64,000 nucleotides of DNA from Bdellovibrionales bacterium (GCA_031370005.1 JANMPT010000003.1:1-64000); one strand, 5' to 3'; shown: positions 49,101 through 59,612, counted from the first letter of the stretch. The notes: generated by a model from the letters alone, not told the origin. Translations and numbers: made by a program.

Positions 49101-49756
49101 AACGTGAACACCACTCCTGCGGAAAGGAAGGTGCCATTAAATTGACCCGAATTCCACAACTGCAAATGATTTTTTAAACCAGTCTCGATGAAAAAGCCAG
49201 CATTCTCAAAAACATCGAAAAAACGAGCACCTGCAATTAACTGATAATCCAAAGACAAAGAGGCCTCTCCGTCTGTTTGGCGAAAAAAAACTCCAGGGCC
49301 AGCGCCAAAACCAAAGTACAAAGGAAACTTAGAGGCCGCATCGGGAAAAGTGATGAGCGGCACAATAGACATTTTTAGAGGCTTAGGCTCTCCATCGCCA
49401 ACAATATTGAATTGAATAAAATCAATACGGACGTTTAGGTCCATTGAATTTCGCCACTCACCCACTCGGTAGGTCAGACCCGCAGTAAAGTCGCCAACAT
49501 TAGTTTGTTTGCTTTGTGTGCCCCACTCATAAGCCGTAGAGTTCATCATTTTACCAAAATGCAAGGCGAGGTAGTGATCACTAGTTCCTGAGTTAACATG
49601 TGAGCTGGCATTGCTTAGATCTTCTTCGCTGGAATCTTGATTGTGTTTTTCAAAATACTTCGACGCGGCCCCTCGGCCCACGCGCGGGGCCTCGTCCGCC
49701 AGTGCAATATCCAGGAGGCCTAATGTAAAAAGCAAAAGTGGCAGAAATAATCTCAT
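49097..49756 (-). CDS. Hypothetical outer-membrane beta-barrel protein
   Basis: Signal peptide, beta strands, terminal FTF. Confidence 0.65.
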   Translation of the reverse strand: MRLFLPLLLFTLGLLDIALADEAPRVGRGAASKYFEKHNQDSSEEDLSNASSHVNSGTSDHYLALHFGKMMNSTAYEWGTQSKQTNVGDFTAGLTYRVGEWRNSMDLNVRIDFIQFNIVGDGEPKPLKMSIVPLITFPDAASKFPLYFGFGAGPGVFFRQTDGEASLSLDYQLIAGARFFDVFENAGFFIETGLKNHLQLWNSGQFNGTFLSAGVVFTF

Positions 49757-49898
49757 GGATCCATAGTAATCAAAAAGATGCTGCAATGTAAGCAAATGAC
49801 CCGATCCGTCATAGCTTAGCTTTTATTAGGGTCTGATTGACGCCCGTATCGAGGCCTTTGTACTCTATAAACTAGCCCAAGGAACGAGACTTTAGACT

Positions 49899-50465
49899 AT
49901 GAAATGTCCTTATTGCAGTCACAGTGAAGATAGAGTTTTAGATACTCGAGTCCAAAAAGACGGTTCTACCCGCCGCCGCCGCGAGTGCCTTGAGTGCAAA
50001 GCTCGTTTCTCAACATTGGAAACCCTGATGTTGAGCTTCCCCTTTATTATCAAAAAAGATGGACGCCGCGAGCCCTTCAGTAAAGAAAAAATTCTCAAAG
50101 GACTTCAAGCCTCTTGTCAAAAGCGACCTGTCAGCCTTGCTCAACTTGAAACCGTTGTTGAGCGCATCGCCTCTTGGATCATTAGCTGTGGTGAAAATGA
50201 AATCCCAGCACGCCTATTGGGGCTTCGGGTTATGGCAGAGCTCAAACAACTCGATGATGTGGCCTACATTCGTTTTGCAAGTGTCTATCGCGCCTTCAAA
50301 GACGTTCAAGAATTCGTTGAGACTCTGGAGGACATGGAGCTGGTCGAGCTCACGGATCCAAATAGCCCACAATTAACATTAACCTCTGTTAACCATTCTG
50401 GAAAGCCTGAAGACAATGCGAAGACAATCCCGGGAACTAGCGCTCCAAGTCCTCTTTCAAATTGA
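49899..50465 (+). CDS. nrdR: Transcriptional repressor NrdR
   Basis: MKCPYC..RRRRECLEC zinc ribbon, ATP cone, VAYIRFASVY. Confidence 0.96.
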   Translation: MKCPYCSHSEDRVLDTRVQKDGSTRRRRECLECKARFSTLETLMLSFPFIIKKDGRREPFSKEKILKGLQASCQKRPVSLAQLETVVERIASWIISCGENEIPARLLGLRVMAELKQLDDVAYIRFASVYRAFKDVQEFVETLEDMELVELTDPNSPQLTLTSVNHSGKPEDNAKTIPGTSAPSPLSN

Positions 50466-50814
50466 ATTTGCTCCACAGATTTCCAATGTTGATCTTATGG
50501 ATGTACTCGGTGCATCTATGGAGCCAGAAATCACAAAATTCGCTGAAGACCTAATTCGCGGAGTGCAATCCCAAAAGAATGCTATCGATGCTAAAATTCA
50601 ATCTGCCAGCTCTCATTGGAAGCTTGAGCGCATGGCCACCATTGATCGCAATATCCTTCGAGTGGCGGTTTATGAAATGCACTTTGGCCCAAATCCCTTA
50701 AAAGAAAACATCGTTATTAATGAAGCTGTTGAAATCGCAAAAAAATTTGGGACCACTGAGTCTGCAAGCTTTGTAAATGGGCTTCTTGATCAGATTGCAA
50801 AGGCGCATGGATGA
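50416..50814 (+). CDS. nusB: Transcription antitermination factor NusB
   Basis: RRQSRELALQ.LF, W.LERM..IDRNILR, INEAVEIAKKFG..SASFVNGLLD. Confidence 0.96.
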   Translation: MRRQSRELALQVLFQIEFAPQISNVDLMDVLGASMEPEITKFAEDLIRGVQSQKNAIDAKIQSASSHWKLERMATIDRNILRVAVYEMHFGPNPLKENIVINEAVEIAKKFGTTESASFVNGLLDQIAKAHG

Positions 50815-51257
50815 ACGTTTTATCTTTGGCCAGTGCTTTCAACCCCGGTTCTGATCTCTGGATTGTTCCTGATTCAAACAACTGCCGCTGGACGCATAAA
50901 CTCGATTGGTATTTAAATTTTCAAATAATAAAAAACCAAAGGCATCTCAGCCCTGAAACTCGCAACTTTACAAAGCTTATTCAAAAAGATACTGGACTTG
51001 AAGTGTATGAGCACACTATACCCAAAAATACTCCTTTAATGATAACATCTGAACCCTTCTTTCCTAATAAATGGGTGGTCGTAGTGCCTATGGCTGCAAG
51101 TTTTTCGACTTGGGTGCACGAAGCATCAAATATCTGGGAGAATCTGAAACACCCTTCTTTAAGAGTTTTTCTTCCAACTGGACAAAATGCTGGGTCCTTC
51201 AACAAAGAGTGGCAGAATCACCATAGCTTCGAAGATTTCACACTCGTGCTTGATTAA
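50811..51257 (+). CDS. Hypothetical protein
   Basis: ATGA-coupled to nusB. Confidence 0.7.
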   Translation: MNVLSLASAFNPGSDLWIVPDSNNCRWTHKLDWYLNFQIIKNQRHLSPETRNFTKLIQKDTGLEVYEHTIPKNTPLMITSEPFFPNKWVVVVPMAASFSTWVHEASNIWENLKHPSLRVFLPTGQNAGSFNKEWQNHHSFEDFTLVLD

Positions 51258-51284
51258 TCTCCTCAAACTTGAGGAAATAATTAA

Positions 51285-51821
51285 ATGAACATCATTACAC
51301 ACCTCCAAAAGCGCATTGAGTCCATCCTTGATCACGACCCTGACGTACCCCGTGACGAAGTTCTTCTTGCAATGAAAAGCTTTGAAGCTCTCACTGACCC
51401 CCACTTACTTCGTGGACTTTCGGAAGGTCTACCACAAAACAGCACTGACAAAGCCGTCATTCTTTTTTCGCGTTTGGCTCTTTTTTTCGATGCCGGCGTC
51501 TTTCTTGAATCTGATAAAAATCTTTGGGAGCCTCAGGCTCACTTTCATCGCGGACACATATACATCCCTAAAAGCTCGCAAAAAAAGTCAATCTCACTTC
51601 CAAATATAGATTTGATGACTGTTCTTCGTACTGACGCCAAACCTATTTTTCAGAAATTGAACTTACAACACTTTGATACAGAAACCGGAACGGCTTGTTT
51701 ATTCTTAAGGCCTGGGACGGATTTTTCTTTTTTACTTTTCTCTTCCTTGCCTGATCTTTGGTTAAAAGAACATATCCGCCTTGTGACTGAGACGATTCGC
51801 CGCGGAATTAACAACGAATGA
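51285..51821 (+). CDS. Hypothetical protein
   Basis: GAGG RBS; coupled to the next gene. Confidence 0.7.
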   Translation: MNIITHLQKRIESILDHDPDVPRDEVLLAMKSFEALTDPHLLRGLSEGLPQNSTDKAVILFSRLALFFDAGVFLESDKNLWEPQAHFHRGHIYIPKSSQKKSISLPNIDLMTVLRTDAKPIFQKLNLQHFDTETGTACLFLRPGTDFSFLLFSSLPDLWLKEHIRLVTETIRRGINNE

Positions 51822-52651
51822 CAACATGGACAATTTATATTCTTTCTGACGGAACTGGCGAAACAGCCGCAACCATGATTCGCGCTGCTCTGGTTCAATA
51901 TACCAATAAAGATATCAATATCATCCGCTGCAAAAATGTTCGTAGCGATGCTCAAGTCGAAGCCATTATTGAAGAATGCTTCGAACTCCGTGGTTTTATT
52001 GTCTATACAGTCGCGGGCCCAAGCATGCGTAAGAAAATTCATGAGCTTTCCAGCGCTAAGGGCCTTCCCTCTTTTGATCTACTTGGACCCTTGCTAAATA
52101 CTCTTGATAATTTCTTTGGTGACGCAAACACCAGCACCGTAAATGTTCTTCGCACCGTTGATGAAACTTATTTCAAACGCATTGAAGCCATCGAGTATAC
52201 TGTAAAACATGATGATGGCAAAACCTTGAGTCATCTTGACAAAGCGGACATCGTATTGGTGGGCATTAGCCGCACAAGTAAAACACCGCTTTCAATTTTT
52301 CTCAGTCACAAGGGTTGGAAAGTCGCCAATGTCCCAATGGTATTAAATACCCCTCTCCCAGAAGAACTTTTCAAAATCGATCAGCGACGCGTTGTAGGAT
52401 TAATTATCGACATCGAAAGCCTTCATCGAATTCGTAAAAACAGACTTGAAAAATTCGGTCAGGATCCCGGCGGTGAATACGCCTCGATCTCTCACATCAT
52501 GAAAGAGATCGAATATGCGCACGAAATTTTTAAGCAAAACAAGCGCTGGCCCGTTTTTAATGTCACAGAACGTGCTCTTGAGGAAACCGCCGGCGAGATT
52601 GTCAGAATTATTTCGGCACGTTTAGGGCTTCCGGACTCAGTGCTGTTTTAG
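51818..52651 (+). CDS. ppsR: Pyruvate,water/phosphate dikinase regulatory protein (DUF299)
   Basis: SDGTGETA, YF.RIEAIEY...HDDG, GISRTSKTPLS, EETA. Confidence 0.92.
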   Translation: MTTWTIYILSDGTGETAATMIRAALVQYTNKDINIIRCKNVRSDAQVEAIIEECFELRGFIVYTVAGPSMRKKIHELSSAKGLPSFDLLGPLLNTLDNFFGDANTSTVNVLRTVDETYFKRIEAIEYTVKHDDGKTLSHLDKADIVLVGISRTSKTPLSIFLSHKGWKVANVPMVLNTPLPEELFKIDQRRVVGLIIDIESLHRIRKNRLEKFGQDPGGEYASISHIMKEIEYAHEIFKQNKRWPVFNVTERALEETAGEIVRIISARLGLPDSVLF

Positions 52652-53105
52652 AAAAACAAATTTGAGCTACGCTATATGCATCACTAAAAACTTCTGGATG
52701 GACAAAGCTGGTGCGCATGGGCCAGAAAATCTGAAGCTTATCCTTGGCGCTGAGATCACAAAACCCTGTGGAAACATAGCAGTCAACATGACTGCTAAAT
52801 GATTTTTTTTTGATTTCACCGCAGGTCCTTGCAGCAGTGTCATTGATTGCCTCAAGCTTCTTCATCAAGCAAACTCGAACTTTGCGAAGCCATGCGTGAG
52901 CTTCTGGTGAATAACTCTGCTCAGTATTTAGATAAACTTGACAGAATTTAAAACCAAAACCCAATGGATACCCCTTAGGTCCGCACCGATAATTCTTCTC
53001 TTCGCAAAGATAGTAGCCGCAGGACTCAACTTGTGGAGTGCATCTCTCAGCAAATGAAAGTATTGGAGCAAAAATAAATAAGATAAAATAAATAAAAAAA
53101 TTCAC
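52608..53105 (-). CDS. Secreted cysteine-rich protein
   Basis: Signal peptide; C..Y.C....CG..GYPLGFG.KFC...W...VR.CL...C......F.SH..CY...GFC. Confidence 0.7.
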   Translation of the reverse strand: MNFFIYFILFIFAPILSFAERCTPQVESCGYYLCEEKNYRCGPKGYPLGFGFKFCQVYLNTEQSYSPEAHAWLRKVRVCLMKKLEAINDTAARTCGEIKKKSFSSHVDCYVSTGFCDLSAKDKLQIFWPMRTSFVHPEVFSDAYSVAQICFSKTALSPEALNVPK

Positions 53106-53163
53106 AGCGTCTTTTTAATCAACTTTGCTTGCGCTGTCGAGAGGATATTCGGGCCTTAAGGAC

Positions 53164-54069
53164 CTAAGCCTTCTCCTGTGTCGCAATAGTTTGATAGAGG
53201 ATCTCTGCCAACTGACGAGCCTCAGAAGTCTTACGAAAGTAGTAAGTCATATCGATTTCATAGTGAAATTCTTTCACATGGACGTGATGTAAGCGCCCCG
53301 AACGCACTTGTTTGCGGATAGAGTGGGCCGGTAAAAATCCCCAGCCAAGGCCCGACTCGATGACGCGTTTAAGTGTACCAACATTTGAGGATTCAAAAAT
53401 CAACTTTGGACTAACTCCTGAATTGCTCAATAATTTTTGTAATTTTGCATTAAAGCCAGGAAACTCATCAACAAAATTTACTAGTGGAAAGCGGCTAAGT
53501 TCTTTTGCTGCAATTTGTGATGGCACATCCGTTTCTTTGCCGGAGACCACTAACCACATCTCTTCTTTTAAAAGAAACTTTTCTTCAATATTATCAAGCT
53601 CAATCCCAAACTCTTCTTGCAGCTGAGGCAAAATTAGAACATCGAAATTACCTTTTTTAAAGCTCTTCACTAAGTCTTCACCCGGCTTGTAGTCAACTTT
53701 GATTTGTAAATCAGGATTATGACGCATTAAACGTCCCATTATCGGACTCATGATATGAAGACCTATAGAGTTCAGGGTTCCAATACGAATTTGACCCTTA
53801 AGCTCTGCGCCAATAGATTTAATTGCAATCTCGGTCTGCTGAGCAAGCTGAAGAATTTTACGTGCCTGTTCATACAGGACCTCGCCTTGAGGACTGGCTT
53901 TAATTTGTCTGACTCCGCGAACTAAGAGTTCGACTCCTAGATCTTCCTCCAGATTTCGAATCTGCTGACTTACGGCTGGTTGAGTCAGGTAAAGCTTATC
54001 TGCTGCGGCAGTCATGCTGCCTTCGCTAATAACAGTTACGAAAGTCGTCAGCTGATAAAGGTTCATCAT
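53164..54069 (-). CDS. LysR family transcriptional regulator
   Basis: SMTAAADKLYLTQPAVSQQIRNLEEDLG HTH; ~300 aa. Confidence 0.95.
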   Translation of the reverse strand: MMNLYQLTTFVTVISEGSMTAAADKLYLTQPAVSQQIRNLEEDLGVELLVRGVRQIKASPQGEVLYEQARKILQLAQQTEIAIKSIGAELKGQIRIGTLNSIGLHIMSPIMGRLMRHNPDLQIKVDYKPGEDLVKSFKKGNFDVLILPQLQEEFGIELDNIEEKFLLKEEMWLVVSGKETDVPSQIAAKELSRFPLVNFVDEFPGFNAKLQKLLSNSGVSPKLIFESSNVGTLKRVIESGLGWGFLPAHSIRKQVRSGRLHHVHVKEFHYEIDMTYYFRKTSEARQLAEILYQTIATQEKA

Positions 54070-54140
54070 GGGTTTTTCTCCTTTGATCAGAAGAAATTAA
54101 TTAACTATACTATGCTATAACCACAAATGAGGTTCCAAAC

Positions 54141-54878
54141 ATGAAATGTCAATTTCTCAAATATCCTCTGATTACTTTGCTATCCATCCTACTCACAAGT
54201 TTTGCCAACGCCAAATCTTTTCGTAATGCTTATATCTCCTTTGAACTTCCTCAATCCTGGAATTGCAACCTCGAACAAACCGAATGGGTCTGTCGTAGCG
54301 AAAGCACAAAGGAGTCCAAGGAAGCAATTATCATTTTAACTGCTAAGGAAATTGGTCCGACAGATTCTCTACAGTCATATGAATCCCACTTAAATAACCC
54401 CATCACTTTGAATTTGAAAACCGGCGGGACATCAGAGTCAAAAATAGTATACAAAGCCAAAACAGTTCAAATCAACGACCAGGCTTGGATCGATGGCCTA
54501 CATATGGGCAGCGAAGTCCCAAACTACTTCACTCGTTATCTTGCCACTCTCAAAGGTCGCATTGCTGTTCTTGTGACCTTTAGTGCGCACAAACAGTTTT
54601 ATACAAAATATAGTCAGGATTTCTTTAAAGCTGTCATGAGCCTACGAGCGATTGAAACTAAAAATCTCATTAATAATCCTGAAATCCGTCCTGGCAATGG
54701 CACACTAGGACCTGGCAGCTTTCAGGACAAAATGCCCATAGATATGATCAATTCAGATGACCTCCAAGCAAATGGAGGCGGGGGCCGGGGCTCCAGTAAG
54801 ATGATGCTTTTAGGGATCGCATTAATCTTGGCCGCAGCCGGTTTATATATCTTCCTCAAGAAGAAACAAAAAAAATAG
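54141..54878 (+). CDS. Hypothetical exported protein with C-terminal membrane anchor
   Basis: Signal peptide, Gly-rich linker, TM helix and basic tail. Confidence 0.7.
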   Translation: MKCQFLKYPLITLLSILLTSFANAKSFRNAYISFELPQSWNCNLEQTEWVCRSESTKESKEAIIILTAKEIGPTDSLQSYESHLNNPITLNLKTGGTSESKIVYKAKTVQINDQAWIDGLHMGSEVPNYFTRYLATLKGRIAVLVTFSAHKQFYTKYSQDFFKAVMSLRAIETKNLINNPEIRPGNGTLGPGSFQDKMPIDMINSDDLQANGGGGRGSSKMMLLGIALILAAAGLYIFLKKKQKK

Positions 54879-54895
54879 ACAGAAAAAGGTCCCGT

Positions 54896-56329
54896 TTACT
54901 TTAATTTTTCTATGACCAGATTGTATTTGCTCAACTGATCAGCGACCTTCTTTTCGTCAGCGTAAACTAGCACTCGCAGGTTTTTCGCATCAAGGTGTTT
55001 TTGGATCGCTAGATTGACGTCACTTAATGATAGGGCTTCAACATTTTTCATGAAATCTTGCAAATAACTAAGCGAAACTCCATAAAAATTCAAAACTAAA
55101 ATATTGTATGCCAGGAGATCCGCAGTTTCGATCGCCCGAGGAAATTGGCCCATCATTTGCTCTTTCGAGGCCTTCAATTCTGCTTCTGTTATTCCTTTTT
55201 TCACAAAATCAGTGAAGATTTTTAGGCTCTCATCCACGGTTTTCCCCACAGTATCATTTTTTGTGAAGGTACTGATCACAAAGGGGCCACGATCTATACG
55301 GGAATCAAAGTAAGAATATATGGAATAGGTGAGCCCTAAGTTGTCGCGAATGTGCTGATTCAAACGACTTCCAAACTCCCCACCCAGAGCCACGTTTGCA
55401 AGGCGTAGCTTTAAAAAATCTGGATCAATGCGGCGAATTCCGTACTCGCCAATACGAATTTGAGCCTGCTGCAAACCTGGCTTACTAACAAGCTTCACCT
55501 CTATGCCTTGAATAGGCTTTAGCTCGCGAACTGCAAATTCTTTAATTGGTTTTTCCGTCCACTTTTTAAAAATATCAGATACTTTCGCTTCAAAATCTTT
55601 GTTAAATCGCCCCACAACCGCCAATTCAGCATTATTTGGGCGGTAATTATTCAAGTAATGACGAATAGCATCTTGTTTCCTGATTTTTTTAATAGAGACA
55701 GGGGTTCCCATAATGTCATTTGCATAAGGATGACCTTTGTAAAGGAACTCATCAAAAGCATCATTGGCAAAGCTTGAAGGATTATCGATTTTCTTTTGCA
55801 GCTGTGCGATCACCTGAGATTTCGTACGGACCACCTCAACGTCCAAAAAGGCTGGATTCATAATGATATCAGAGTATAAATCTAAAAGCTTAACTGCAGA
55901 GTTCGACAAAGAATCCATGGAAATAATGGTAAAATCATTTCCAGGATCAATCCCAATCTCCGTCCCCAAATTGCCCAGTTCATCCGCCAATACTGTTGCA
56001 CTTTTGGACTGAGTGCCTTCCGCAAGAAGCCGGGAGGTTAAACCATTAACTCCCTCTTTCCCCTTGGGATCTTGGCGAGCTCCCACCTTCACAAGCATCG
56101 TCATGCTCACTCGTGGCAAAGAATTGTCAGTAATAAAAATAATCTTAAGACCATTTTCTAATTGCACCTCACGCATTGGGCGAAGTTTAAACTGACTTGT
56201 CGTCACGACGGGGGCTGCAGAAACTTTATCTGCTTTCACGATTTCTGTTTTCTTTCCTGGGGCGATACAACCCGCTAAAAAAACACCAACAAGTAAACTC
56301 AATATGATTCTCATTTGAAACTTTCCCAT
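54896..56329 (-). CDS. M16 family peptidase, non-catalytic subunit (lipoprotein)
   Basis: M16 fold motifs (LENGL, SRL...IR..LGLTY) but no HxxEH; LAGC lipobox. Confidence 0.88.
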   Translation of the reverse strand: MGKFQMRIILSLLVGVFLAGCIAPGKKTEIVKADKVSAAPVVTTSQFKLRPMREVQLENGLKIIFITDNSLPRVSMTMLVKVGARQDPKGKEGVNGLTSRLLAEGTQSKSATVLADELGNLGTEIGIDPGNDFTIISMDSLSNSAVKLLDLYSDIIMNPAFLDVEVVRTKSQVIAQLQKKIDNPSSFANDAFDEFLYKGHPYANDIMGTPVSIKKIRKQDAIRHYLNNYRPNNAELAVVGRFNKDFEAKVSDIFKKWTEKPIKEFAVRELKPIQGIEVKLVSKPGLQQAQIRIGEYGIRRIDPDFLKLRLANVALGGEFGSRLNQHIRDNLGLTYSIYSYFDSRIDRGPFVISTFTKNDTVGKTVDESLKIFTDFVKKGITEAELKASKEQMMGQFPRAIETADLLAYNILVLNFYGVSLSYLQDFMKNVEALSLSDVNLAIQKHLDAKNLRVLVYADEKKVADQLSKYNLVIEKLK

Positions 56330-56331
56330 GG

Positions 56332-57666
56332 TTATTCCTTTTTCCCTTTGGGCTCTAAAACAACAATCGATCTTTGATTTTGATTCAGATATTTATTCGA
56401 GACGTCTTTAATCTGCTCCGCCGTCACCGCATTGTATTTATCAAGATCTTTAAAGAGGTTCTCATAGGAACCCGTCATTATCTCATTTACGGCCAAGGCA
56501 CGAGCCTTCCCATCAATAGTGGCTAAACCATCAACCAACTCTTTCATCACTTGAGTCTTTGCTTTCATAAGCTCTTCACTTGTCACAAGCTTGTTACGCA
56601 TCTTCCAGATTTCTTGATAAACCAAATCCAGACTTTCCTGCATTGGCATATGGGGCTTCAAATTCACACCTACAGCAAAAACACCTTGATCTTGCATTGT
56701 TGTATCATAGGCATAGGCCGAAGTTGCAGATTGCTTGGTATAGACCAAATGTTTGTAAAGGCGGCTTGATGAACCATTGCCAAGAATATTTGCTGCAAGA
56801 TCCAAAGCATACATATCAGGATGAGCGTTTGGCACCCCGTCATAAGCTACCGTAAAAGAAATCCCCTGAACGTCCTTTCTAACTGTGGCATTCCGTTGAA
56901 CGTCCTGAGTCGCTTCACGGGGATATTCGCGGCGAGGCAAGGGTCTGGAGGCAATCGGGCCATAATACTTTTCAATCAATCGCTTAGCCTCAGGTATTTT
57001 AAAATCACCTACCAAAACGAGGACCGCATTGTTCGGCACATAATAAATACTATGAAAATTCCTAAGTGTTTCTATCTTGTAATCAGAAATGTCCTTCATT
57101 GTACCAATAACAGGCCAGCGGTAATTCGAGGTCTTAAAAACCGTCCCCATCACTGTTTCCATTAAAAGTCCCATTGGATTGTTATCAACCCGCCATCTGC
57201 GCTCTTCCTTCACCACTTCTCGCTCACTCTGAAGATCCCCAGGGTTTAGATTGAGGTTGCTCATTCGATCAACCTCAATCTCCATCATCATCTCGAGCTT
57301 TGAACTTGGTAAACTTTCATAGAAACCCGTATAGTCATAGGTGGTAAAGGCATTATTAACAATTCCATTTTCATGAAGAATACGATCAAACAATTTACCT
57401 GGATATTTCTTTGATCCCTTAAACATCATATGCTCTAGCATATGGGCCGAACCAGTGATCCCAGGTGACTCATCGCGAGAGCCGACTTTATACCAGGTAT
57501 GGTAGGAAATCAGAGGAACTGAGTGATCTTCATATAGCAAAACAGTCAGGCCATTTTGCAACTTATACTTGGTCACGGGAAAATTGATTTTTAGACTGTC
57601 CCTCTCTTGGCCGTGAGCTAGAGATGTTATAAACAGAAACAAAACGGAAAAAATAAGTTGTTTCAT
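56332..57666 (-). CDS. M16 family zinc peptidase, catalytic subunit
   Basis: VGSRDE.PG.TG.AHMLEHMMFKG, NAFT, ER.VV.EERR. Confidence 0.93.
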   Translation of the reverse strand: MKQLIFSVLFLFITSLAHGQERDSLKINFPVTKYKLQNGLTVLLYEDHSVPLISYHTWYKVGSRDESPGITGSAHMLEHMMFKGSKKYPGKLFDRILHENGIVNNAFTTYDYTGFYESLPSSKLEMMMEIEVDRMSNLNLNPGDLQSEREVVKEERRWRVDNNPMGLLMETVMGTVFKTSNYRWPVIGTMKDISDYKIETLRNFHSIYYVPNNAVLVLVGDFKIPEAKRLIEKYYGPIASRPLPRREYPREATQDVQRNATVRKDVQGISFTVAYDGVPNAHPDMYALDLAANILGNGSSSRLYKHLVYTKQSATSAYAYDTTMQDQGVFAVGVNLKPHMPMQESLDLVYQEIWKMRNKLVTSEELMKAKTQVMKELVDGLATIDGKARALAVNEIMTGSYENLFKDLDKYNAVTAEQIKDVSNKYLNQNQRSIVVLEPKGKKE

Positions 57667-57732
57667 AGATGAACTCCCAATAATCCACTTATTGTAGGAG
57701 GTCCCCTATTAAAGGCAATATATTTAGTCAGT

Positions 57733-58245
57733 CTATTGAACAATAAAATCCGAAAAGAAAACGTCTTTCACAATACCATCACTGAGCACACTGTTCACTT
57801 CCATTGCGATTGTATCCTTCAAAAAAAGCTTCCCCTGGATGCTCTCAAGCTCCGAAAAAGTTTTATCATTTAATACGCGCACAATCTTATCACGAGCTTT
57901 GGCTCGGCTATCTGGACTCATAATCTCTTCATAGCCCTCTTTGCCGAGCATTTGTAAACTAACCTCAAGGCGGATGGTTCTCTTAGGCTCTCCCCCTAAG
58001 TTCACGGTAAATTTGTCCATTGTGAAAATATATGGAGCATAGCGCTCATCCTCGGACTTTGACGCCATATCGGACTGCAACATATCTTCGGTAATCTTTG
58101 GACTCTGCCAAGCTATAGTTGAAGCATAGACTAAATAGGCACCCCCGCCAATGACCCCTAGGTTCAGAAGGGCAAAGACCGCAGTTAAAATTAGGCCTAG
58201 GTTTTTTGGCTTTGCTGGAGGCTGTTCTTGTTTATCACTTGCCAT
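57733..58245 (-). CDS. fliL: Flagellar basal body-associated protein FliL
   Basis: N-terminal TM, FTVNL, RD.I..VL, L....GK..LK, V.F.DFIVQ. Confidence 0.88.
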   Translation of the reverse strand: MASDKQEQPPAKPKNLGLILTAVFALLNLGVIGGGAYLVYASTIAWQSPKITEDMLQSDMASKSEDERYAPYIFTMDKFTVNLGGEPKRTIRLEVSLQMLGKEGYEEIMSPDSRAKARDKIVRVLNDKTFSELESIQGKLFLKDTIAMEVNSVLSDGIVKDVFFSDFIVQ

Positions 58246-58267
58246 AAAATCCTCGTTTCATATGACT

Positions 58268-58295
58268 CTATCGGCTTTCGTGACCTTGGTCTTAA
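58268..58295 (-). promoter_or_regulatory. Sigma28-type promoter of fliL
   Basis: TTAAG-N15-GCCGATAG on minus. Confidence 0.75.
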
Positions 58296-58414
58296 GAACC
58301 TTAGGCCTGTTTTATTAAAAAAATTTGATATATTTTGTCGAAGCCTTAAACAGTCCTGGTTCTTTACTGCTGAGTATTGACAAGATGGAGCAGAATTCTT
58401 TCTAATAGAGATAT

Positions 58415-59440
58415 ATGATCAGAAAACTCTACGCCGGGATTATCTCCCGCATTGCTGTCAGTGCTTTTTTGGGACTCACCACTTCATTGGCTTTTGCTAT
58501 TGATGAGCAACCCGCATCTCAAAATACATCTCAAAATAAGACAGGAACCGAGCTCCTCCCCTCTGATCTTTTGCAAATTTCTAATACGGACGCTTTTAGT
58601 AAATACGTTTTTTTGGTCGACAAAACAGAACGCCATCTCCAAGTTTTTGAGCGCAAAGGCGAGACCATTGAAAAAATCCTCGACGTGCCGTCCGATATGG
58701 GAAAAAATGTCGGCAACAAAATCAAACGTGACGACGCCCGCACCCCTGAGGGAATTTACTTTTTTGAGAAAAAATTAAATCAGCCAGAAATTCCATTCCG
58801 CTTATATGGTGAATTGGCCTTCACCACAGATTACCCAAATATCTTTGATCGCCGTGAAAGCAAAACAGGATCTGGGATCTGGCTTCATGCCGTTCCAGAT
58901 ACTGTGCCATTAACTCGAGGCTCACGTGGTTGCGTTGTGGTTCGCAACAACGTCATTAAAAAACTCAAAGAGTACATTAAGCTCAAAGAAACACCGATTT
59001 TGATTTTTGATAAGGTCAGCTATGTCCCTAAGGAGGAGCACGACAAGCGACGCATTGCTCTAAATACTTTTATCGAGGGCTGGAGAAACGCATGGCAGTC
59101 ACAAAATATCGATGAGTACATGGCTTATTATGATCAAAATTTTAAAGCTCCTGGATATAATTACTCAAGCTGGCGGGAGCACAAAAACAAGCTCAAAGAT
59201 CAATATGAGTTTATCAAAGTTCAGCTTTCACAGCCTTTTTTACTTCTACATAAGGATCAATTGATCGTAAAAACTTTCCAAAAATACCAATCAAACAACC
59301 ATACGGACTTTGGAATAAAAACGCTATATGCGGTAAAGTCCGATTCAGGTTATAAAATTATTCGTGAGGAGTGGGTGCCGGTCCATGAAAACCTAAGCTC
59401 TACCTCTACTACTGCCTCTGCCACCCCTAATGCTGACTAG
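58415..59440 (+). CDS. L,D-transpeptidase (YkuD) family protein with C-terminal NTF2-like domain
   Basis: K...DDARTPEG.Y, DYPN..D, GSGIWLH, SRGC; W..AW....ID.Y..YY. Confidence 0.9.
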   Translation: MIRKLYAGIISRIAVSAFLGLTTSLAFAIDEQPASQNTSQNKTGTELLPSDLLQISNTDAFSKYVFLVDKTERHLQVFERKGETIEKILDVPSDMGKNVGNKIKRDDARTPEGIYFFEKKLNQPEIPFRLYGELAFTTDYPNIFDRRESKTGSGIWLHAVPDTVPLTRGSRGCVVVRNNVIKKLKEYIKLKETPILIFDKVSYVPKEEHDKRRIALNTFIEGWRNAWQSQNIDEYMAYYDQNFKAPGYNYSSWREHKNKLKDQYEFIKVQLSQPFLLLHKDQLIVKTFQKYQSNNHTDFGIKTLYAVKSDSGYKIIREEWVPVHENLSSTSTTASATPNAD

Positions 59441-59612
59441 GCTCTTTATCAGAATCATCTTCAGAACCGGCAAGGTCAATATTGTGGCCCATGTCGGGAA
59501 GAGTTTTAAGGTGAGCCTCAAGCTCTTCTTTAGTGAGCTGTCCGTTGTCGATGTACCATTCGGTCAATCGCTTATCGAACTTCAGGTTTTTCATTGCTTT
59601 GTCTAAAGACAT
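59427..59612 (-). CDS. Small hypothetical protein
   Basis: AAGGAG RBS; acidic 61-aa ORF. Confidence 0.65.
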   Translation of the reverse strand: MSLDKAMKNLKFDKRLTEWYIDNGQLTKEELEAHLKTLPDMGHNIDLAGSEDDSDKEPSQH

